Made by a program: the position numbers and the translations under genes. A DNA stretch of 64,000 nt, taken from the NCBI GenBank assembly GCA_016748015.1, contig JAAOMT010000200.1, positions 556,984-620,983 on the forward strand. The letters are read 5' to 3'. The notes below the pieces were generated by a model. The model had not been told where the DNA came from and searched no databases. It was given only the letters and a program-made list of their open reading frames with translations. The DNA is from Geosiphon pyriformis uo1 (lineage: Eukaryota > Fungi > Glomeromycota). Shown here piece after piece: positions 55,501-64,000 of the stretch (position 1 is its first letter; every line of letters starts with the position of its first letter).

Positions 55501-58500
55501 AAAGTCTGGAATGGGGTTTGGTGGTTGGTCTTCTATTTCTGTGGTTAAATATCCAATGGTGGTTTCTTTTGGTATGTTGATGACATTGTCAGTGTTGTTG
55601 TAGATGGGAATTTTTATGCTGCTATAGCTTTTGGCTGGTATGTGGAGATTGATCAACCCAATCTCTCCTGATTCATAAAGGTTTGCTTCAGCTTTAAAAA
55701 TTTGTCCTTGCTCCTTTTTTTTTCTTCCTATTGCTAACATGTACTGGTCATATGGTGGAATGGAAATAGCTTGACCGGTTGAGATAATTTTTTCTTGGCC
55801 AACAATTTCTTCTTCTGCCATATTAACTGGTACATTTATTTTACCCATTGATCCAAATCCTTGTATTCCTCTTGCTGTTATTCCTAATTCCTTCCTCTTT
55901 ACCACTGACACTAATTGAGCTATTCTAACCAGAGGCAGAAATATTGCCTGTGCTATCTTTTTGTTGGACTCTATTATATAGGCCTTTTCTAAGTTATTTT
56001 GTAGCATGGCGATAATATTTCCTACATATCCCACATTAATTATTTCTCCTCTTATATTGATCCCTCTTTTTGCTAAACTACTCCTAGATGCTAATTGAAC
56101 CATTGTTGTTGCCGGAATTTTTAGTGCTATTTTCAGATCAATGCAGATGCGTGAATGCAGTTCCAATTTGATGGCATCTTTTCCTGGATATCTTAGATCA
56201 AACCTTACATCTGTATCATGTGCACATTCTGGCATAATACCTTCCTATTGTTACTATACCATTTCAACTCTTGTTTCTTGGAAAGATCTGGTAATACAAT
56301 GTATTGTTTGTAGTTTAAATCGGAGTTTGAATCTGAGTTAGAATCGGTATCGTTGTTGTTGCCATATTAAACAGAACTAGAACCAGTGTTTTTGTCGTCA
56401 TTATTGTCGGAGTTTGAATCGGGATTGAAAATTGATTCTGATTCTGATGCACATCTGCTGATTGGTTCTTTCTCTTCAGGGATTGTATAGATCATGCATG
56501 GTGGTGGATTGTAAATGAAGTCACACTCATTACAATACTAGAAGTTATAGGGAATTAGGCAGTATTGACACAGTTGAACATTTAACTGCTCTAACCATTG
56601 TTCTTGTTCTTTCCTTGTGGATGCTAATTCTTGGTAGTGTTTGTGGAATTGTTCTGGATCCAGGAAATTTATGATGGGTTCTGTGTCCCAGTCAAGCTCT
56701 AAAGATTCTAGGGGGTTGTCTTTGATCACTTTTATTTCCTCAGGTGACGTCTCTTCGATTTTGGCGAGTGCCATTTGCTAAATTTCATCATCATCATGTG
56801 GACAACTGTCCAGTCACTGTATGGCTTTTTTCCAGACTGCTTCTATTGGGGTTCTTTTCCTTATCCAGTCACTTATTAGAATCATGTATTGACATGATAT
56901 GTCGCATGTTCTTTTACGTTCTAGAATGTTGTTCCACATCCCTTTATCCAGAAGAGTTTCTCCACAGGCTATATATGGTGTATTATCCCATTTTCCCATT
57001 CATTTTGGTCTGCCAAAATGTTTGATATGGCATGTGCAGCAATAGAACTTAGTTGCTGTCTGATATTCTTCATCATCACCACAGCATGCGCCTATTGACG
57101 ACAATTTCTTGCCACAATCAATGCATATTAGTTTGGGTCAGCAATAGGTCAATGGTTGTTGTTAACCATAGGTGTGTGGGATATAGGTGTTGTTGGCTTG
57201 AGTGTTTTCTTCCTCCCTCTCTTTCCCTTTTCCCTTTTCTTTTTTGTTTTCTTCCCATTCCCAGCTTGAAATCAGTTCATTCTCATCGTTGTCGGTCCAG
57301 GTCAAGTCATCAGTTTCCCAGGTAAGTTCTTTTTTTTGTTTCCCTTTTCCATTGTCATTGTTGTCTCAGGAGAGTATTGGTGGCAGTTTGTTGTGCTCTT
57401 CATTAGCCCACGACACTTGGTAGGCTTCCCAGGTAGGTTTCTCTTTCTTCTCCTCCAGTTTAATCAATAGTTTCTCTCTTGGAAGAGTCTTGAAGTGGCC
57501 ACACATAGCCGATACATATATGTGTGTAGCCTTGATATGTTAGCTGGAGTTCCTGGGTGTTCCAGTCTAATGTCGCATTGACTTTGAATAGCCAGTCATT
57601 ACCAATGAGAGCTTGGTATTGAATGGCTTTCATCACTAAAACTTTAATGGGAGTCATGATGCCATTGACTTTGAAAGGGAAGTCGTCAATTTTGCTGATT
57701 GGAGTTTTGGTCACTCCATTAGCTGTGATGATTCTGGCACTGGCAGCTCGATCAACTCGGTGACCTAATTGGTTCATGAGTTGCCATGTAATGATACTGC
57801 CTGCCGAACTGCTGTCAAGGATCAATTTGATGGATTGTTCCTCAACTTTGGCATCAGTGACATTGTGGTGATTGGTTTGGCTTCAAGAGCAGCTCCACTA
57901 AATAATGGTGTTGCAGCTGTTTTCTTGAATTCAAATGGGAAGATAGCAGCCAAGAACTTGTTTTCGGTAATGGTAGCAAATGGGATATTACTGGTAAGTG
58001 GTTGTTTTTGGGCAAATGTCGGGTTATTGGTTAAAGCGTCTTCTGGTGTGACCAGGAGACTTAAATAGTTCTGGGAATTCGGGTTTTGGGTTTGACTGGT
58101 ACCCAAATTCCACTGGCGTAATCCAGATGATTGCTGTGAAGAATGGGAGATCAATTGATGGACTACCATTGCTGATCTCCAGCTCTGTTGAGTCATTCTC
58201 GGTCTTTGGGTTCCATTGGGTGGTAAGCTTTGGGGCAGTGTTTGAATTTGTTGGGGTTGATAGATTATTTGTGACTGCAGTTGTTGATAAATCACTTGTG
58301 GCTGTGGTTGATAGATTGGAGCTTGGTACACTGAAGATTAATAGATGAATGACTGCGTCACTGGTAGGTAAGTGAGTTGGTTTTGATTTGGGTACTGATT
58401 CGGAGTTTGGAACTGGCGATCGGAGTTTCAATATTGATTTCCCGATCGTTGGTTATTTAAACACTGGTAACAGTCAATTTAGATGTGTCCTTGTTTACCA

Positions 58501-60230
58501 CAATAGTGGCAGATACACATTTCTTGTTGCCATTGTTGATTGGTCGATGAAGATGGGCGTGGCTGATTTTGGGCATAATTAGAGTTTCCTTGATTATTGC
58601 ATTGTTGTAGAGACTGATAAATAGCATAATTGTCAACTAAGTATCCTTCCAATCTCTTATTAATTGATTTACTGAACTTCTCTAATTTGGAATCCAATTC
58701 AGATGATCCATTCATTACTAGATTAATGGCTTGGGCATGGTTAGCCTCTGACTCAGTGGATTCAAAATCTCTGGTGCATGTAACTGCATCTTGAAGGGTA
58801 CCTGGATACAATGGATGGACATGTTGCAAGATGCTGCTGCACAGGCCACGGATAAACTGATTGAGTATCTGTGGTGCTGTGAAATAGTTGGCGTCAATTG
58901 CTTGAATTTGGTGTAAGTTTTGATGGAAGTGTCCCAGGTAAGTGGTGACTGCTTCAGTTTTTCCTTGTTTCATGATGGTGAATGTATTGACTAGACGATT
59001 GATGCTGTTATTGTTGCTGAAATATCTTAAGAATTCTGCTTTAAAGGCATTAAAATCTTGTGGTTTATTAATCAAGCTTTGATACCATGAATTGGTGGTA
59101 TCTTTGAGAAAATAGGGAATGGCTTGCATTGCTCGAGCGTCATTCCATCCATTGGCTGCAATGGCCTTTTCTACATCATTCAGCCATACTTGAGCATCAT
59201 CCTCTTCGCCAGTAAAGTTGTCAAGTTTTGTGATTGGTGCATAAGCCATTGGATCTAAGTTAGGTGGTTGTGGTGGCTGTTGAAACAGTTGTTGTTGTAC
59301 TGGTTGTTGGGGTGGTAGTTGAAGTGGCTGCTGTATGGATTCAGCTATGGGATTAATCGGTGATTGACTGATGACAATTATTGGAGATAAGTTTTGTTGA
59401 TTACTTAATTCGGAGTTTGGATTGTTCTGCTTTTGATGATTTGGGGTTTTGATTTCCGAATTTTCTAGATCTGGATTTTGCTGAATTTGAAAATTCGGGG
59501 TTTCAACTTCCAGATTTTCAGTGATCGGGCACTGGTAAGTGAATTCTTGATTCTCTGATTCTTCTTTCTTTTTTTCTGATTCTGCTGCTTTCCACGGATC
59601 AGAAATTCTGAAATCTGGTGGAGGCGGTGGTAATTGAAGTTCTGATGGGGTTGATGATCGTGAATTAAATCCCTCAAAGTATTCGCTATATGGTCCTAAC
59701 AATTCTGTTTTTCTTTGTCTACTTTGGAATAAAAATTGTCCAAATGCTGATGTCGCAGTTGATGGAAATGTGTTTGTTGATGATATGTTGATGGTGCTTC
59801 CAGGTGTATAGTGGTAGGATGGATTGCTTGGAGATTCAACTCTGTTTTTTTTCCAAACAGGTGGCTGTATTTTTCTGGGTGTTACTGCTGGTGTTTGTAA
59901 TTTTTCCTTGCCTTTACTAGTGTATATAATTGGATATCTTTATTGAGTGTGATGTTCAATTTCTTTGTTGATCTCAGTAATAATGGATGCAAAATTATGA
60001 TTTGTTGGTAGGTTGGTGTTTTAAATTAATTCTTTATAGAAAGTTTTTCTTGCTGATTTAGTATTCACTGGTGTTCTTAATAAAGAAGAAATTTTTTCAT
60101 TAATGTAGAAATTGAAGGCTGATTTGGTGGATATATGATTGTGGTTTAATCCCAAGTATTGACAATAGTGTTGAAATAAGAATTTTGCAAATCCTAAATG
60201 GTTTGCTCTTATATTTTCTGATTCTGCCAC
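52564..60230 (-). pseudogene. gag-pol polyprotein: N-terminal extension, capsid, CCHC, protease, Cys-rich region, dUTPase, RT, RNase H, integrase
   Basis: MAYAPITKLDNFTGEEDDAQVWL; CHYCGKQGHI; ILDSSSA...IGNDWL; MPFGLTNAPATFQR and VYLDN (YLDD); YTDHK; SPYHPQTNRLVKRFN; GPF-type C-terminus; no chromodomain. Confidence 0.93.
55840..56235 (-). pseudogene. dUTPase domain within pol
   Basis: Five motifs of trimeric dUTPases, partly decayed: RFDL(AGFDL), SRSSL, IINVGYVG(IIDAGYVG), KIAQAI, RGIQGFGSMG; also at ~38030-38700 and ~62350-62740. Confidence 0.92.
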
Positions 60231-60274
60231 TTTTGGTTTGGTATTTGTCGGTGCTGGTTCTCTGTAGGATTATA

Positions 60275-60291
60275 CCTCACAAGGAGCACCA
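60275..60291 (-). other. Primer binding site
   Basis: TGGTGCTCCTTGTGAGG two nt after the 5' LTR; decayed versions follow the LTRs ending at 43318(-), 46184(+) and 47442(+). Confidence 0.88.
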
Positions 60292-60293
60292 AA

Positions 60294-61145
60294 TGTTACA
60301 AGTAATTATTTCTGTTGTTGAATTAAATAACAAACCCATAACTTGGTGCTCAAAAGCTACTTTCATGGATAAGGTTCTGCAAGTGTTGTATCTGAAGGTT
60401 TTGATGGAGTCCTTTGTATAATGGACAGAGATTCAATAGTGTCAATAGTAGATGTATCTTTCCAAGAGTTTTCCCAATTTCTTTCTCAGTGTGGTGGCCA
60501 GATTTAGTCTGGCAGTTGTGCCCTTCTGGTAAGCTATTCAATAATATATAAAATCCTACTCTTATTTCTGGGTCTTTTACTAAACTATTCTTTGACATCA
60601 ATAACTCAGTGCTTAATCTTTTAATCAATTAGTATACAACAACAAAATCAAAATGAAAGAAAATAAAATAAAGAAAATTAAAAAATAAAGAAAATAGAGA
60701 AAACAAGCCAAGGCAATTTGGTACATTAGTATCTTTGTCAATAGCTGTAATCAAGAGCTATTGTTCTAGCATGGTTAAGTATCAATTACTATTAACATGA
60801 AGTATTGATAGTGAAGAGTGGATTGAGATATGAAATAATTATTTATTTGATGATTTTGTTTCTAGGCTAAGAATTCTGTGGTATCAATTCTGTTTTTTCA
60901 GTTTTTAACACTACCACTATATATACATAATTGGGATTCTTCAATTCTTTGATTCTTCACGACAGAAATCCTGGAATTCTTGGAATCCTGCGATTCCTTT
61001 AAGAAGAATCCTAGAATTCTGGAATTCTGAAATTCCTGGAATCCTGCAATTTCTGAGAAGAATCCTGGAATTCCATATTTACTACGCTTATTTCTGATTG
61101 GCTAATAATTATGCTAATATATTTCCTATATTTCTATGAGTAACA
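60294..61145 (-). repeat. 5' LTR of copy 2 with CCAAT box (~61095-61103), GAATTCC/GAATCC repeat array (60965-61075) and TATA box (~60916-60925)
   Basis: AGCCAATCAG and GTATATATAG on the minus strand in U3 order; same layout in the sister LTRs of copies 1 and 2. Confidence 0.93.
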
Positions 61146-62847
61146 CCATGTAATACCAAGCATTAATTAGTAATAATTGGCTGTTCAAGGCCAGCATTAT
61201 GTTTGATTGAATTACTCAAAAGCTACAACTCAGTTAAAATAGACAATACATACAAGTACCAGCTATTTGCAGCCATTTCAAATTATAAACTACTCAATCA
61301 CAAGCACTGATCAAATTTGAGAAAAAAAAATCTACCTAAGAAGCCTACCAAATTTTGTAGACTAAAAAAGAACACAATATGTTACCACCTATCTTTATCT
61401 GAAGAGAAAAGAAAAAGAACTCCAACCTATCATATTCACTTATGTTTTGTATACTACTACATTCTAAGAACAGACAAACTATTATTGATCCAAGCTAATA
61501 TGTGTCAATTATGGCAAAAAATTGTTTATAATGAGTGCATGTTATGATAACAATAAAAAATGGCCAATGACAATCAAATATTATTGTCACTTATGTGTTT
61601 TTGAATATTTTAAATGACTCAAATAACAAAAAAAATAAGACAACAAGTTTTGTTTTACACATAAAATCATTTCTGGATGAGAAAGAACATGTAATAAAAT
61701 ATGTCAATACACAATTCTAATCAACAATTAAATAGAAAAAGAGACTTTAATTAACAATGTCTGGAAACAAGCATTAAGACATCTGAAAAGCTACTCACAT
61801 AATGAACATGAAATTTAAAGAATAATAAGTACCAAAATTAAAAGTGCTTTACTTAGTAAACTATTGAAAATTAAAAATAATCTCTTTATACTCCCTGAAT
61901 CTAAATATGTCTTTACTTTTGACATCTTTAATAACATTAAAAACAGTTCTAAACAATTCTATAAATACCACCAAAACTTAGTATTAATTTGTAAAAAGCA
62001 AGAGCAAAAACTAGAACAGCTAAATATGAGACTGTGTAAACACTGCCTAATTTTCAGTGACTTTAAATATTGTGATGATTGTGATTTTATCTACAATCTA
62101 CTACCATACATAATTTATTCAATCTTTGAAAAAAAAAACCAATCAGTAAATATACAGTAGAATTGGAATCAAGATTTAATTTTAATTCAGACTTTGATAA
62201 TAATAACAACAATTGTTTTAACTCTATCCACTATAACAATAACAATAACAATTTAAACTCTGATTACAATCCTAAACAATATATTATGTTTACAGATCTA
62301 TTAATAAAGCAAAAACTGAAATGGTTTAGTGATAATGATGAAAATATTATGCTAAAATGTGTATATAATACTGATGCAGAGTTTGATCTTAAGTATTCAA
62401 AAAAAACTGTCATTAGATTGGAACCATATTTACACACCAGTATAAATTTGAAATTAGTACTAGAAATTCTAACAACAACAATAGTTCAACTAGCTTCTAA
62501 ATCTAGTTTAGCAAAAAAAGAGATTAATATTAAAGAAAAAATAATTAATACAGAATATATAGGAAATATTATTGCAATGCTACAAAATAACTCAAAAAAA
62601 AAATATATTGTTAAACCAAATAAAAAAATAATATAGGCAATATTTCTGTTTTTGGTTAAAATAGCTTAGTTAGTTTTAGTGAAAAAGAGAAAAAAATTAG
62701 GAATTACAACAAGAAGAATTAATGGATTCAGATCTATGAATAGAATAAATATACCAGTTAATATGGCAGAAAAAAAAACTATTAATAAGGAAGAAATTAT
62801 CTCTACCAATTAATCAGTTTCTATCCTATTATATAATCAATATATGT

Positions 62848-63884
62848 TGTTACCTGAATAGAAAAACTGATCCAAAGTTATAAAGAAACATGACCAAAAC
62901 ATAACATAATACAGAATAGTACACAATAATATTAGATAATGCATTATAACTTAGGATAACATGTTACAATGTAGAATAACAAAAAATAATATGTAATAAC
63001 ACTAGATAATATGTTATAACATAGGATAACTAGGAATAACATAGAAAAATAAAACAATAACAAAAATAGCAAAGCAATAGTTAACAATAATAAAACAATC
63101 AAAAGCAATCCTATAAAACCAAAAAAATATATAAAAGCGAATAGTTATAGAAGTTAGAAAAAGACATCTAGATACAAATAACTAGACAAAAAACAAATAT
63201 TCTTTCCCTTCCATCATTTATTCTATTCCATATTCATCTTCTGAAATAAATTAATTATTGAGAAATCAGAATCACAAATTCATGTTCTTAAACTTTGTAG
63301 AATTTATGTAAATTAACCATTGTTTTATATCTTTGTTCCAGAACAAATGCTCTTAATATAACCATCTCAAACTATTAACAATTTGGACCAGTTGTTCTTG
63401 ATCATAGTAATTAATGATACTAATTTATCTTCTTTTATTTTTTTTATTTTTTATTTTTTTTATTTTTTTTTATTTTTATTTTTATTTTATTTTCTCTTGT
63501 GGAGTGGCAACATAGTAAAATTGACTGTCTAAAAATAAACTTTGTAATAGTTTGATAAAAGAGAGAAGCTCCCTTTAAGTTTTGAATATTGACATTATCT
63601 TATTAACTTATTAAAAGAGTGAAAAAATAACACCAGATCCTAACAACTGTGCTCATTAGCTTGGAAAAAATAGCTTACATTTATAAGAAGTTGTAATTAG
63701 TAAAAGCCAAACTTCTGTGTCTTATAACCAAAAAACTTAATAGGTAAATTTACAACCAGTAGATAAGATCTTTAGAGATTAATAATCAAGACTAAGTTAA
63801 TGGAATTATGTAAAACATGCTTTACTGATAATTAAGAGCACTAAATGTTACTATTTTCTTACTCCACCAAGTTTACCCATAACA
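62848..63884. mobile_element. Solo LTR, fourth family, with ATAAC-rich internal repeats
   Basis: TGTTAC...ATAACA termini; perfect TSD ATGT; removing it restores host YNQYMLIIKRK. Confidence 0.85.
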
Positions 63885-64000
63885 ATGTTAATAATAAAAA
63901 GAAAAGTGAGGGACCAACTTCAGATTTTTGAAGTGAAACCAACTATTTGTGAATCAGAGAAGATTGGAATCACTAATCTTTATATACTAGCCAAAAATTA

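Larger units (their letters stand above)
50992..61145 (-). mobile_element. Full-length Ty3/gypsy LTR retrotransposon (copy 2, best preserved)
   Basis: LTRs 50992-51866 and 60294-61145 with TGTTAC...GTAACA; TSD CTAT/CCAT; PBS, PPT and all domains present in PR-RT-RH-INT order. Confidence 0.97.
46467..64000 (+). mobile_element. Gypsy copy 4 (5' LTR 46467-47442, gag, protease, Cys-rich region, dUTPase), running off the window and hosting three insertions
   Basis: gag 49530-49781; protease 50559-50991 resuming at 61146 (YQALISNNWL); Cys motif 61864-62160; dUTPase 62163-62740; resumes again at 63885. Confidence 0.87.

Noticed and set aside
14660-60230. Alternative genetic code or organellar origin to explain in-frame stops
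   Set aside because: All three stop types occur at positions that differ between copies and map to CAA, CGA or TGG; neighbouring spliced genes use the standard code.
60350-60628. 92-aa ORF inside both LTRs of copy 2 (also 51048-51326)
   Set aside because: Starts at TTG, and its frame is broken by indels in the LTRs of copy 1; presence in both sister LTRs only reflects their common origin.
63500-63530. GGCAACA-TAGT as a possible LTR end plus PBS
   Set aside because: The true end is at 63884, where TSD ATGT and the host reading frame resume.

Overview
Eukaryotic, intron-containing and AT-rich DNA, most consistent with an early-diverging fungus (Mucoromycota/Glomeromycotina-like; this is an inference). 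A ~9 kb gene island (~0.9-10 kb) with normal CpG content holds three intact spliced genes: an RNF4/Slx8-like SIM-RING ligase, a Tea4/Bud14-like SH3-RVxF-RA polarity protein and a ZNF207/BuGZ-like zinc finger. The remaining ~54 kb is a nest of dead retroelements: five LINE copies or fragments (ORF1; APE-RT-RNase H ORF2), four copies of one Ty3/gypsy family and four solo LTRs, with 4-bp TSDs at all six LTR insertions where both ends are visible. Two things stand out. (1) Repeats carry a C->T/G->A hypermutation: by eye, the two LTRs of the best-preserved element differ at ~65-70 sites with only one transversion, most are not at provable CpGs, and the endpoint appears to be near-pure AT deserts still readable as LINE relics. 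This is a RIP-like signature outside Dikarya. (2) The gypsy family has an unusual design: an AUG-free leader with a conserved GUG-initiated ~327-codon extension in frame with Gag, a Cys-rich insert plus a five-motif dUTPase between protease and RT, and a conserved non-Env ORF3 after integrase. All counts and alignments were done by eye.
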